Of a DNA stretch of 64,000 bases, positions 11,335 to 23,054 are shown piece by piece. Numbering within the stretch: the stretch's first letter is position 1; every line of letters begins with the position of its first letter. The stretch comes from Caecitellus pseudoparvulus (lineage: Eukaryota > Protista > Bigyra: Bicosoecida), in assembly GCA_965644315.1 (NCBI GenBank), contig CBFFRQ010000089.1, positions 620,001-684,000 of the forward strand, read 5' to 3'. The notes under the pieces were generated by a model. It was not told the DNA's origin and did no database searches. It saw only the letters and a list, made by a program, of their open reading frames with translations. The translations under genes and the position numbers were made by a program.

Positions 11335-12494
11335 ATGGCAGACAGCTCGGCGACGGCAGCAGCCGATGCAGGGGCCAAGCGCCAGAAGCGGCCTCGCCTT
11401 GCCAAGTTGGCAGATGGGTTGCAGGCGGCAGGGGTAGAACGCTTGCCTCAGAAGAAGTATTTCCGGTGCGTGAAGTGGGCAATGGACTGGCTGTGGACCT
11501 GGAAAGCCACCTGTGCCCCCCCCCCCCCGCCGTCGTACTGCAGGCAACGCGCACACAGCAACCCCTACAACGCTGGTATCTTAGATGACATTGCGTGCGT
11601 GAACAGCAACGGTGTCTGCAGTGCGCCCCAGCTCGAAACCTCAACCCGAACGCCCCGAGCAGGCCACGCTTTCCGGGGGACATGGACTGGGCCCGCCTGT
11701 ACCCCGCGTACGCCTCGCCACAAGGAGAGGGGGGCCTCACAAAGGCGGTGGAAGTCGCAGATGTCGGGTGTGGTTTCGGGGGCTTGTTATTCGGCCTAGC
11801 AGCAGAGCCCAGCACGAAGCAGTTGTTGAGCGTGGGCATGGAGATTCGCCTCAAGGTCTCTGAGTACGTGCGGGTGCGCATCCAGAACACTCGTGTGACG
11901 GAGGATACACACCACGAGGTGTCAGTCGTGCGATCCAACGCCATGCGGTACTTCGCGCACTACTTCGCCAAGGGCCAGCTGAGCAAGGTGTTCACGTGCT
12001 TCCCAGACCCCCACTTCAAGCGCGCCAAGCATGACCGGAGGATTGTGTCGCAGGCTCTGCTGGCCGAGTACGCCTTCTGCATTCGCCCAGGTGGCCGGCT
12101 GTACACCATCACGGACGTGTACGACTTGCACGTGTGGATGCGGGTGCACGGGCAGCACCACTGCGCCTTCCGCATGTTGAGCCCGGAAGAGGTGGAGGCT
12201 GATCCCTGCACGCGGGTCATGCGGGAAAGCACTGAAGAGGGCATGAAGGTGGAGCGCGAAGACCGCATGAAGTACGTGGCCATCTTTGAGCGCCTGCCAG
12301 ACGACGCTGTGCGGGCCCAATTCCACGCTGCCACGCTGTGGGACGCGCCCGACCCGCCTGCCCTGTACGACGCCGAGATGGAGGCCTGGCGCGCCAGCGA
12401 GGCAGCGGCAGGCGCCAACAAGGACACCACCATCCCCAAGGCTTCCCCTGCGGCCACTGCCACTGCAGCTGCCGTCGCTGGCGGGCTGCCCTGA
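11335..12494 (+). CDS. METTL1: tRNA (guanine-N7)-methyltransferase catalytic subunit (Trm8/METTL1)
   Basis: LPQKKYFR|QRAHSNP, VADVGCGFGGLL, GMEIRLKV, GQLSKVFTCFPDPHFKRAKH, TEEGMKVER. Confidence 0.95.
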
Positions 12495-12511
12495 ATGCAA
12501 ACCTGAGCGTG

Positions 12512-13678
12512 TCAGGCAGACGTTGGGGTGCCGGGCGTGCCACTGGCAACAGCGTAGGAGTCGGGGTCCGCCATAATGCCTCCCAGGATGTGGGCCCGAG
12601 CGGGGTGGCCTTGCCCCATGTCTGCGTACTCGCCTCCCATGAGCGTGAGGCAGGAAGCCCACGTTGCGTTCTGGTGCCAGAACTTGCCGTGCTCGAAGCC
12701 CTCGTCGCCCCCTGCTCCTGCGGCGGCTTCAATGGCGGCTTCGTACTCCCCTTGCAGCGGGATGGGTGGCAGCAGGCATGCAGAGCTGACAGCACTGCCT
12801 GCCGCTGGGATGTGCGTGGCAAGCATGTCTGCGACGGCCTCAGTGTCCTGCCCAGCCCAGATGGTGCACCCCATGAGCACTTTGAAGTCCTCTGGCATGG
12901 CTTCGCCCGAGGACAGGCGTTCTGTCAGTTCGTCCAAGTTCCCTCCCACCCACAAGGCATTCTTCACCAGCTCCACGGCATTCTTCACACCCGGGCATCG
13001 GTGCAGTACGTACAGGGCGTCGTCAGCGGCACCCCCATGCCACAAGGGCAGGTCCCCCAAGGAGCCAAGGTCGAAGGATGGAAAAGCTTCCTTCACCTGC
13101 ACAGGGAAGGGCCGGTTCACGACCAGGCCTCGGATTACGAAGTCGCTGTCCCCGTCCGCCTCCTGCACGTGCTGGTCCTGGTCAAACACCACCGTGAGGG
13201 CACCGCCTGGCGCTGACGCCGCAGGGTGCTCCACCAGCAGTGTGCCGTTCTCGACACTGAGAGTCTGCTGCAGTTCTCCATCCAGCTCAGGCAGGTCTGT
13301 CGGCAGCTGCCACTCGGCTGCGCCTTCAAACGCCTGTGCCACGGCAGCGATGCGAAGCAGCTCTGCCTGGCTGGCAAGGGCTGTCGCCATGCCCAGTCCT
13401 GAGCTGTCTCCCTCTTGTTGGGCGGCTCTGAAGCTGCTTCGCACGAAAGCTGCCAGAGACCCATGCTGGGGCTGGTAAGGGCCTGCATGGGTGAAGGCGC
13501 TCCGGAGTGAGTCGAGCTTGCTCGTCACCTCGCTGACAGCCTGGCGCTGCACGCTGGGCTCTGGGCCGTGCACGTGGGGAAGAAACAGCAGTGCCTTCCA
13601 TCCAGGCCTTGAATCGAACAACTTTGCCGTCCGCAGGAGGGACCTGTACACAGTTGCGGCCACGGGGGCCCCTGCCAT
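12512..13678 (-). CDS. DUF179/AlgH (UPF0301)-like protein with N-terminal LYR-like helix
   Basis: GTLLVEHP, GLVVNRP, LWHGG, LYVLH, LWVGG, FKVLMGCTIW resemble DUF179. N-terminal VYRSLLRTAKLF. Confidence 0.62.
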   Translation of the reverse strand: MAGAPVAATVYRSLLRTAKLFDSRPGWKALLFLPHVHGPEPSVQRQAVSEVTSKLDSLRSAFTHAGPYQPQHGSLAAFVRSSFRAAQQEGDSSGLGMATALASQAELLRIAAVAQAFEGAAEWQLPTDLPELDGELQQTLSVENGTLLVEHPAASAPGGALTVVFDQDQHVQEADGDSDFVIRGLVVNRPFPVQVKEAFPSFDLGSLGDLPLWHGGAADDALYVLHRCPGVKNAVELVKNALWVGGNLDELTERLSSGEAMPEDFKVLMGCTIWAGQDTEAVADMLATHIPAAGSAVSSACLLPPIPLQGEYEAAIEAAAGAGGDEGFEHGKFWHQNATWASCLTLMGGEYADMGQGHPARAHILGGIMADPDSYAVASGTPGTPTSA

Positions 13679-13706
13679 GACTTGGAAGTGTGCGTCAGAA
13701 AGGGGC

Positions 13707-13717
13707 AATTTCCGCAC
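13707..13717 (+). promoter_or_regulatory. Representative copy of the recurrent AATTTCCGCAC motif, in the divergent DUF179/PIGZ promoter
   Basis: Exact or near copies recur in many promoters and introns in this window (see findings). Confidence 0.45.
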
Positions 13718-13896
13718 ACGGCTCTTTTGGGGCACTTCCAGAGCGAAGGGGCAGGCAAAAACACGCAGCCAACCGTGCGGACATCGTCGCCGGGGGATGG
13801 GGTGTGGTCAAATCTGTGATTGGAAGGGACTGCTGTCTGCCTCGAGGTGTCCCGGGCGGGGCTGCATAGCAGCGGAAGTAGCCCCTTGTCCAGAGC

Positions 13897-16098
13897 ATGC
13901 AGGCTGGGTCCTTGTACTGGCTGCTCGCAGCAGTTCGGTCGCTGTCGGCGATCTCCCCGGGCTATCTTCACCCTGATGAACACTTCCAGTCGCCCGAGGT
14001 CGCGGCAGGCCTCTTGGGATTCTGCGCTGGCGTGCCTTGGGAGTTTCAATCAGGCACACAGCCACACCGCAGCTTGCTTCCGCCGTACGTCGCGCTGCCT
14101 GCGCCTTTGCTTGCGCACGCTGCGGGTGTGCACATCTCGGTGGGCCACCATCCCCTTTGCAGTGTGCTCATGAGCTACGCTCCCATGGCAGCCTTGGTGC
14201 AGTTGAAGGCATTCCTTGGGCAGGGTAGGTGCTGCGACACTGCACCTGCGGTTCCTTACACACCCCATGAGGCTTCCCCTGCTCACACCGCCTGTCCCGA
14301 AACGCACCCAGGTACACCCACTGGGTGGGAACTCCTTGTGGCTGTGCGTGTGTGGATGTTGGTGCTGTCCTTTGCGCTGGACTGGCTGCTGTTCAGGGCA
14401 CTGGCGCACTCTGGCCGACGAGCGCAGTGGGGCAGCCTCCTGGCCATGTCTTCATGCTGGGTGTGGCTAGCCTTCGCCCCACGCCCCTTTTCGAACACCG
14501 CTGAGTTGTGGGTCGCAGTGGGCCTCCTGGCAGTGGTTGCTCGTTGGGACGCGTCGTCTGAGCTGCAGCGAACGTGGTCAGCTGCTGCGCTGGCAGGCGT
14601 CGCCGTCGGGCTGCTCACTGCGCTTGGCATGTTTGCGAGGTTCACTGCCGTGCTTTTGGGTATTCCAGTTGCACTGTGCATCGCCGTGCAGCTCATGAGC
14701 CGCAAAGGGAAGGTCCGGCTCAGCACGTGCTGCGTTTCTCCAGCGCAGGGACCTGCAACACCGGGTCCGCCTCACAGCCTCGCCCCGCTCGCGTCGTTTG
14801 TTGTGTCCGGGGTGCTGGCCTGGACTGCAGTGTCTGTAGTCTGTGCTGCCCTGGATACCCTTCTCTTCACCGGAGCCTGGCCGTGGCACCGAGACAGCTG
14901 GGTGCTGGCTCCGCTCCACTCCGCCCTGTACAACGCAGACCCTGCCAACACCATGCAGCATGGCGCTCACCCCTGGTGGCACCATGCCGTCTTGAATGCC
15001 CCCTCCGCATTCTCATTCCTGGCCCTTGCAGCGTACTGGAAAGCAGGCACTGCCATGCTCCGCTGCCGTCCGCAGCAGCTCAATCCCTCCGGCACGCAGT
15101 CCGACGACGCTCCAACCCCCTTGCTGGAGAGCAGTTGTTGGGGCATGCTGTGTGTGTACTTGGGTGCACTGTCCATGGTGCCTCATCAAGAGCTGCGTTT
15201 CCTCGTGCCTCTCCTGGTGCCCCTGGCCGTGCTGGTGTGGCCTGCTGTGGTGCAGCTGCAGCATGACACACACCCGCGCTCCAGCCAGCCCACTGCCAAG
15301 CTTGCTTGGTGGTGGTCGCTTGTCAATGTCTGCTCCTTGGTGTTCGTTTGCTGGCTGCACCAAGCAGGGGTCGTCCCGGCGCTGTCCAGCATCCCGCCTG
15401 CCACAGCCCCCCGTGCTGTCATCACGTACGGCCTGTACATGCCACCTGAGTTTGTGAACCCCACCCCCTTCCACCCTGCATGGTGCAGCCACCGACAGCC
15501 TGCATGGATGCAAGCTTCGCCGTTGTGGAAGCCAGTGCAAGTGCCACACGGTAGCCTCGTCGCGGCGTCTCGCCTGGTGGATGTGCACGATAGTACGGTG
15601 GACCTTGCCTGCGCCCTGCGAGACATAGCTCGGCGGGTGTGCTGTGACTCAGCATTACCTGCCCTCCCTTCTTCTTCCGCCGTGCACCACCAGGCCTCTT
15701 GGCCTGCTGCACCAGGGCAAATCGTCTTGCTGCAGCCTGCTCGCATGGCGTCTGTTGCGCGGGCGGCAATGGAGCGCGACACGGCGCTTGGCAAGGTGCA
15801 GTGTGGAGCAGTCCAAGTATCGGACGCATCTTGCAAGTGCCGCTCGGTGCGCGTGCACCTGGAGTCGGCGGCTACAACGCCCTGGCACTACTCCAGCGAG
15901 TTCCCGCCGCATGTGCGGAACATTTCAGGGCCGGTTGATGCTGTACAAGGTGTGCTGCACCATATGCAGCTTGTCGCCCTGACGTACAGCGTCAAACCTG
16001 GGGACACTCTGCCCTCCTCGGAAGCGCCTTCCGCCAGTGGTATGCAGGTGGGCGCAACTGGCACCATTCTCAGCGATGGGGAAGTTGTGGTGTCCTGA
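13897..16098 (+). CDS. PIGZ: GPI mannosyltransferase 4 (PIG-Z/Smp3)
   Basis: PGYLHPDEHFQSPEV, PWEF, RPFSNTAE, GMFARFT, HGAHPWWHH, LSMVPHQELRFLVPL, HQAGVVP; multiple TM helices. The ORF probably contains in-frame introns. Confidence 0.88.
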   Translation: MQAGSLYWLLAAVRSLSAISPGYLHPDEHFQSPEVAAGLLGFCAGVPWEFQSGTQPHRSLLPPYVALPAPLLAHAAGVHISVGHHPLCSVLMSYAPMAALVQLKAFLGQGRCCDTAPAVPYTPHEASPAHTACPETHPGTPTGWELLVAVRVWMLVLSFALDWLLFRALAHSGRRAQWGSLLAMSSCWVWLAFAPRPFSNTAELWVAVGLLAVVARWDASSELQRTWSAAALAGVAVGLLTALGMFARFTAVLLGIPVALCIAVQLMSRKGKVRLSTCCVSPAQGPATPGPPHSLAPLASFVVSGVLAWTAVSVVCAALDTLLFTGAWPWHRDSWVLAPLHSALYNADPANTMQHGAHPWWHHAVLNAPSAFSFLALAAYWKAGTAMLRCRPQQLNPSGTQSDDAPTPLLESSCWGMLCVYLGALSMVPHQELRFLVPLLVPLAVLVWPAVVQLQHDTHPRSSQPTAKLAWWWSLVNVCSLVFVCWLHQAGVVPALSSIPPATAPRAVITYGLYMPPEFVNPTPFHPAWCSHRQPAWMQASPLWKPVQVPHGSLVAASRLVDVHDSTVDLACALRDIARRVCCDSALPALPSSSAVHHQASWPAAPGQIVLLQPARMASVARAAMERDTALGKVQCGAVQVSDASCKCRSVRVHLESAATTPWHYSSEFPPHVRNISGPVDAVQGVLHHMQLVALTYSVKPGDTLPSSEAPSASGMQVGATGTILSDGEVVVS

Positions 16099-16426
16099 CG
16101 CTGCCCTGCCCATGCTCTGGCTCGGGAAATCACTGTCGCGTATTTGGCCACCTCGCCGCCCGAGGTCAGTGGGGCTGGCCAACAGTGTAGCCCCTCGTGA
16201 CATCCAGTGAGCCCGATGCCAACCAAACAGCAGCGCTGCGGGAAGGTGATCAACAATGTATTACACACCTCAACGCCAGCCGACCACGACGAGACGGGGG
16301 AGGGTTGCCACGGCTTGAGGCACAGCAAAGCACCCCAAGCTCGAGGCTCATGTTCCGGGAGATACTGCGCGGCCTTGTTCAAACCGCGGCATGGTATCAG
16401 GTTCGCTCTGCGGGATCTCTTCAGAC

Positions 16427-18471
16427 CTACGAGAAAGTGACGCTGGAGAAGTTGAAGCCCCCAGTAGGAGGAGCGGCAATGCCGAAGCCAGCAGCGGCAG
16501 GGGCGGCAACGGGGGCTGACACCTTCATGGGTGCGGGCACGATGGCTGCTTGGTTCACACTAGCGCCTGCCGAAGACATGGGACCCGGGGCCTGAGGGGC
16601 AAAGCTGCCTGTGGCTGCCTTGCTGCCGAAGGTGAAGGTGCCACCGGTGGCCACTTCAGGCTGGATGTTCTCGTCCGCCCCCTCAGTCTCCAGCTCAGCG
16701 TACGTCTCCAGCAGCTCCAGAGCACGCCTGTGCACATCCTCGTTTGCGTGGTGCTGCAAGTCCTCCAGAATGTCCATGCCCTGCTCCTCCTCAAACATGC
16801 CGGCAAAGTCCTCAGCACGGCCCTGCTCGCTGTATGCTTTGCCTTGCTTCAAGATGTTCTCCACAGCTTCCAGCGCCACCAACACAACCCGTGCATCATC
16901 AACATTCAACACGCGGGCGAGGGGTCCCAGCACGCCTGCTGCCACGAGCACGTCGATGTGGTGTGCGACCCCGGACGAGGTAATGTTGCACACTGCCCAC
17001 ACGGCTTCCTTGCGCACGTGCCACTCGCCGACATCCAACTGCTTCACCAGGCCTGGCACCAGGTTTGGAAAGGCGACGAGGGAGCCAATCTGCTCCGCAG
17101 TTCCCGCGGCAATGTTTGAAGCTGCCCAGCAAGCCTCCCGGCGGACGTTCCTTCGAGAGTGCGCCACCAGGCGCGCCAGCTGCGTGACGAAGCCACCATC
17201 CAGCACGGCCTGGGTCTGCTCATCAGTGCCCGTGACCATGTTCCCGGCCGTGCGCAGGGCGGGGATGACGACAGTGGTGTCCTCGTGGGCCAGGCGGCCG
17301 ACGATGGCGCCCACACCCTTGCTCTGCACGACAGTGCCAATATGTGCATCACCAGCATCTGTGACGTAAGACAAACCCCACAGCGCATCCTGGAGCACTT
17401 CTTTGTCCACGTCCTTGGCTGCCACGAGCTTGGTCAAGGCAGGCGCGATGGCTTGGGCCACGGCAACTGGGGGTGCGGGCTTGCCACGGCACAGGTTCGA
17501 CAGGGTCCAGGTGGCGTTGCGAAGAAGAGAGAGGGACCCAGGCTCTTGCACGTTGAGCAAGATGCTTTCAACGGCGTGCGGCACAGCCAAGATCGTGTCG
17601 CGGAACTTGGCACAGTCACCAGCAACGTTGCTGTGATGGGGGAGGCGTGGAAGGAGGGCGGTTGACGCAAGTGACACAAGTGACCCAGACTGTTCCAGGA
17701 ACGCACCCCAGGCACCAAATGCTCTGCTCTCGGACATCTACATCTCCGCTGCGAAGCAGCCCAACTGTGCCAAGCGTGTGAGAGTGTTCGTGAATCGCCA
17801 TGGTGGGAGAAGCCGTGCTCAGGGGGAGCGTGCGGAAATTGACGTAGCGCGCGGTGACACACAGCAGCGGCAGGACGCACCTAGCTTGGGCACAGCGCCT
17901 GCTTCCACTACCAAATGAGTGTACTGGGTTGAAGCAATGTTTGTAATGGCCCAGCATGACTCGAAGACCATGCGGGAGTTGCTGGAGTCCAGGAACGACA
18001 CCAGGCGAGGCAGCACGCCTGTGCCGAGCACGGCTTCAGTTGGAGGTGACTGCTCCTTGGACAGCAGTCGACGGATGTAGTGAACACCCTCAAACTGAAG
18101 TGATGCGTCACTGCTGCACACAGCTGCGTTTGGTAAGGGGGGGTGGGCTTGTGGGGCGTGTTGAAGTCCCTGTTGTGGCTGCAGGCGTGGTGGCGCCGCG
18201 AAGATCGTATCCACAACCCGCGGCACATACCTTGGAAGTACAGGGACAAGTTGTCCAGGGACAGCTCCTTTGGCAGGCTACCAGCTTGCTGGACAGCTTC
18301 GGCATTTGACTTAGCAGTTGACGCTGCCGAGGCAGCGCCGCGGCGCTTCTGCATGCTCTCCAAGCGCTTGTTTTTGCCGATCTTGATGGTGTTTTTTGCG
18401 CGCTGCATCCTCTTCTCAGAGGCAGACAGGCTGCCCTGCAGCTGCCTGGATCGAACGGCGCTGACATCCAT
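16427..18471 (-). CDS. Importin subunit alpha (karyopherin alpha)
   Basis: IBB domain (RAKNTIKIGKNKRLESMQKRR); ARM repeats FESCWAITNIAS, VREQSIWCLG, RNATWTLSNLCRGKP, RREACWAASNIAAG, RKEAVWAVCN; spliced. Confidence 0.95.
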
Positions 18472-18871
18472 GATGACCAGGAGTTCTGAACTTGCTTCGT
18501 TGCAAAGCTTCTGCTATCGAGGCACGACTTGGCACAATTCAGAGAGAATCAGGAGTTTGCGCTCCTCGCAGCACTGCAGCCATGCTAAGCCCCCCCTGGC
18601 TGAAGCCCTCAGCCCCCCCCCCTCATGCCGAACATGGGAGGAAGATTCTGAACAGACAAGCAGGGCATTGGGTGCATTTGATACTCCCACGACTTTCTCT
18701 CCAGTGTGCTGAGTCGAGGGGAGCAGGGTCCTCGGGCCGTGGCGCGCTTGCCCAAGTTGAGGAGGAACAAAGCAGCGGAAGCCGGCTTCCGGGCACGATC
18801 CAAGTGGCAGTAAGTTCTGTTAGTCACCTGTGCCATTCCGTAGGGCTGGGCCGCCGGCAAACGCGTGCGTG

Positions 18872-19218
18872 TCAACGCTTGTTGGCAGGCAAGCCCTCCA
18901 CCTGAGCAGCCTGGGCTGCCAGGTACCGCTCGTCCGCATGCACATAGCTGATGCCAAGGCCAACCCCAGTGCTAATGCCAGCCACAAGACCTCTCAGAAA
19001 GGGGCGCCCTGTGATTCCCCGAATCGGCGCGGTCGCAGTACAGGCCTGCAGGATCTTCGGGCAGGCATGCGGAAATTCGGACGTTGACACGCACCTTTGC
19101 TGACCAGTGTGAGCGCCGCAGCGGCCCCCACTGCCATCCCCAGCGTGCCGTTCACGATGACTTCATCGAGACACTTGGCAGCCACAGCATTCCGGATCTC
19201 GATGTCTTTGGACGCCAT
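18872..19218 (-). CDS. MIC10: MICOS complex subunit Mic10
   Basis: Two exons give KCLDEVIVNGTLGMAVGAAAALTLV and RGLVAGISTGVGLGISY: two TM segments with Gly-rich GxGxG motifs in an approximately 85-aa protein. Confidence 0.7.
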
Positions 19219-19647
19219 GGCTGCGGAGTTCAGAGCAACACCTCGTGGTGGGAGTGGAGTGGGCTGAGGCCTGCGCGGCAGCTCAGGCAATGCGAAAGTG
19301 TCGCGAGTTCGTGAAAAGTGTGCCAACACGGCAAGTCTCATGAAGGCAGTGCATGCAAGATGTCGTTTGAAATTGCCCCTGCCGGACAAGTGCGCACTGT
19401 TTCGGCTTGCACTTGGAAGGCAGAAGGCAGTGTGTCCTCGGGAGGCTGGTGCAAGATGTGCACGCAAGGCCGGCACGCTGCCCCCTCGTGCAGCGATTGA
19501 TGACGCTGTCTATCCCTGGTGCATTTGCGTCCCTTGCGTCCTGCGTGCGCACTGCTTCCACCTGAGCTTGTGGATCCCCGAGCAGCGGACTGCAAGCAAG
19601 GCCCGGAATGAGAGGAGCCCAACCAGAACAGATCCATACAGCCAGCA

Positions 19648-20140
19648 TCAATTGGGGTTGCGCAGCACGAGAATGACGCTGTCTCCCCGCAGGAAAAGCT
19701 TCGAGATCACTCTGTCCTTCGTCACCTGCTTTCCGTCCCCACCCTTTGCGGCCTCGGTCCAGAACTCACGCACGCCCTCCAGCACCCTGCGGCGGGGGGG
19801 GTCCAAAAAGGCACATGCTGGGGAAGTGTCAGGTGTTGGCCTCGGCAGCAAGGCTTACATGTTGCAATGGCGGTCGAAAGCCTTCACGCGAGCCAGCAGC
19901 TTGTGGTTGTTGCGCAAGTTGATGAGCACCTGTTCGTTGCTCTTGACAGCTTGCATCAACAAAGACAGAGGGCCCTTGGCGAACTCCTCAGTTTCCTCTT
20001 GTGACTTGAGCAGCTGCTCCCCTCCCACTTCCTTGGTCTCAACTCTGTGCACGGTGCGGAATTGGGAACGGTGCACCAGGTACCATATCTTGGCATGTCG
20101 GCCATGGGTGCAGCGGAGAGGCGCCGTACGCTGATGCCAT
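19648..20140 (-). CDS. SNRPD2: Small nuclear ribonucleoprotein Sm D2
   Basis: [44 protein letters not shown]|VLEGVREFW...[22 protein letters not shown] first micro-exon (ATG GCA TCA GC) splices in frame. Confidence 0.97.
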
Positions 20141-20595
20141 GGCGGACAATAATCTGAGGTCTGTAAGCGTTGGTGCTGGAGCACCTTGTGTCAGACTGGG
20201 TGGCTGAGTGGTGAGCTGAAGCAAGCACGTGCTCGCCTTTCCGCGCGCGTATGGGGAGCTAGGGAGCTCAAGGTACTGGGCAGCATCGGAGACAGGACAA
20301 CTAGGGGGTTGAGGGAGTTGAATGTGCCTTCCACTGACATGTGCCCGAGGAGCGGAGCCCCCCTGCAGCTGCCGCCTGCCGTGCGGAAATCGCTGCATGC
20401 ACCATGCCACAGACTCGCCAGCCAAAACAAATCGCAATCCTGGACTATGCCAGTGCACGAGCGCAGCTTGTGGCGTTGTGCATATTGGGGGCTCCCCCAC
20501 GCGCAGGTTCTTTGAAGTCCGGCTGCACGGCAGCCTTCCCGTACCTTGCACCGGAGCGCTGAGTGAAACGCCACACAGAGCACCTCACTTCCAGC

Positions 20596-21538
20596 ATGGC
20601 GAACCCCATCGCCCGCTTGGAGAAGGAGGGCATGTCCAAGGACAAGATTGAGGAGTACATGGCTGCATTTGAGTTGTTTGACACTGACCGGTCGGGCGTC
20701 ATCACAACGGCTAAGCTCAAGGCTGTGCTCAACGATCAGTTTGGTAGGCTCTGGCGTCGTTGACGTTGGCTTGGCGGCGCTGGTCATGCTGCACCCTGCT
20801 CGTGTGAGCTCCGCACAGGCCAATCATTCGGGGACGAGGATCTGAAGTACATGCTGAGGCAGTTTGGCGACGACAGCGCCGTGCAGTTTGAGCAGTTCGC
20901 CAAGAGCATGCACAGCAAGATGGCAAACCCTGCTTACAATGAGGCGTTTGCTGACGCGTTTGACCTCTTCGACGTCGGCAAGAAGGGAGAGCTCACCAAG
21001 ACTGAGTTGATCGAGGGCATGAACAAGCTCGGGGAAAAGCTGACTGACGAGGAAGCTGAAGAAATGCTCAAAGTTGCTGCCAAGCGGACAGACTTCGTTA
21101 AGGTCATGTCGCAGGGTGCGGGTGTCGGAGCACCAGCAGCGGCCGCAGGGGGTGCAGCTGCACCTGCGGCCGGAGGGGCTGCTGCAGGCGCCCCACGTGG
21201 GCCAGGGGCTGGCGGAGGGTGAGCTGCTCGCGTTGCAACGTGCCACACTCTGACCCACGCCAGCCACTCACTCTCTTTCGCAGGCCTCGACCCGGTGGCG
21301 GCCCCCGCCCTGGAGGTGGCCCCCGCCCCGGTGGCGGCCCCCGCCCTGGAGGTGGCCCCCGCCCAGGTGGCAGCCCTCGCCCTGGCGGAGGTGGTCCCCG
21401 CCCGAGCCCTCGTCCTGGCGGCGGTCCACGCGGGTGCGTGTGCCCGCCACAGCTCCACTTCGGCAAGCGTCGCACCAACCCAGCCCCCTTTCGCTTCCGT
21501 GCAGACCTCGCCCGGGCATGCCTCGCCCAGGTCGATAA
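20596..21538 (+). CDS. Calmodulin/myosin light chain-like EF-hand protein with Ala/Gly linker and (GPRPGG)n C-terminal tail
   Basis: EEYMAAFELFDTDRSGVIT, AFDLFDVGKKGELTKTEL, LGEKLTDEEAEEML. Three GT-AG introns join the EF-hands to the PRPGGG exon and a final PRPGMPRPGR-stop. Confidence 0.8.
21284..21430 (+). repeat. Coding 18-bp imperfect tandem repeat (about 8 units, GPRPGG)
   Basis: Units of the type ggcccccgccc(t/c)gg(a/t)gg(t/c) visible at 21284-21430. Confidence 0.85.
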
Positions 21539-21572
21539 GTTGGCAATGCATTGCACGCTGGATACAACAGTG

Positions 21573-23054
21573 TTACTCCTGCACACTTGGGGCGCCCGCC
21601 AGGCGACTGAGCCCAGCCAACCCAGCCTGCACGCGAGGCCGCTTCTTCCCCCGCGGACTGGCAGCTGGTGGCCCAGAAGTGGCGTGCCTTCCCATGACCG
21701 CCCCACGGGCGGGGGCTGCTGCCCCAGTGTGGTGCCGATTATGCCTGGCAACCTCAGCAGCTGCCTGTGCAGGCAGCACGGTGAGCAGTGGGTACTCGCC
21801 CTTCAGGAAAGGGTGTTGCAAGGCTTGCAAAGGGGTCAAACGGTGCCTTGCATCCAGTGCCAGGCACCCCCCGAGGAAACTGGCAAAATGCTGCTGGGCA
21901 GCGCCGCCACCCAGCAAGCAGCGCACTGCTGATGCGGCGTGGCTACTTGTCCCAAAGGCACTGCTCGAGCCTGCTCCAGCACTGGCCGAAGCTCGGTACT
22001 GCTGCCTCATGCTCGCAAGGTCAGCGAGCCCTGCAACAGACCCCACCGCTGCTGTGCCTGCCGGCAAGCGATCTGGGAACGAGGCACGTTGAGCCATGTG
22101 CGCAGGGAAGGGCCCAAGCAGCTGGTGGATGATGTGCACTGCGTCGGGCGCAGTTTCCGCATCCACCACCCGAACCCCCGTCGCGAGTTCAAGGAGGACT
22201 ATGCCCAGGCTCCACATGTCCACCGCAGGACCAAAGCCAGGAATGCCCAGCAACACCTCCGGTGCTCGGTACCCCAGCGCCTGCAGCTCATACTTGCCAT
22301 GGTACGCCTCTGTGTCACAAAATCTGATAGCATTCCCCAAGTCCACAAGTTTCACACTGCCAAGAGGCGGCGGGGTGGAGGGTCCCAGGGCCTGTTGTGT
22401 GGCAGCTCCATCCAAGCTTACAGAGCCCCTTGAAACGCTGGCATCCACAGGGCTGCAGCTCATGACGTTGGCTGGCTTGATGTCAGCATGGATCATGCCC
22501 GCACGGTGCACCTCAGCAAGCCCCTGAGTGCACTGCAGTGCAACCGTCAGCAGCTGCTCCGGCTTGCACCGTCCGAAAACGCACGAGTCGCCGCTGCCTG
22601 GTGCGCCGCCAGACATGTGGAAGAGCTCCGGCAGAGGCTGGCCGAGCAGGTCGAATACCAGGCAAAGGTGGCCATCTTGCATGAACCGATCTCTGCAGCT
22701 CACCACCCGTGTTGCCTGGCCGCCTTGGCCGGAGTGTACCCGGCTGACGTTCAAGTGCTCCTGCTCCCCAATGCCGACAAACTGCGCCTCAATGGTCTTT
22801 ATCGCCACCGGCTCCTGCTGACAGAAGAAGTCTGTGGCACTGTTCATACAAAAATGCGCCTGATCGGTGAGAAAAAGGGCCGCCACGCACGTAGCGGAGC
22901 GTTGGGAGACTCACCGCACCATTGTGCTGAAGCCACCCCTGCCAATTACAGCATCCGCTCGATAACGCCCAGCCCACAGCGCATCTGCCTGGTTGGAAGA
23001 CTCAGATGTCTTATCCCGCACACTCTCGTATAGCTCACGAAGCCCGCATGTCAT
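21573..23054 (-). CDS. CMGC-group Ser/Thr kinase (DYRK/HIPK-related)
   Basis: IGRGGFS, VAIK, HLCLVFDLLG, IHADIKPAN, VKLVDLG, YRAPEVLLG, DMWSLG, RLTPLQALQHPF. Start uncertain. Confidence 0.88.
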
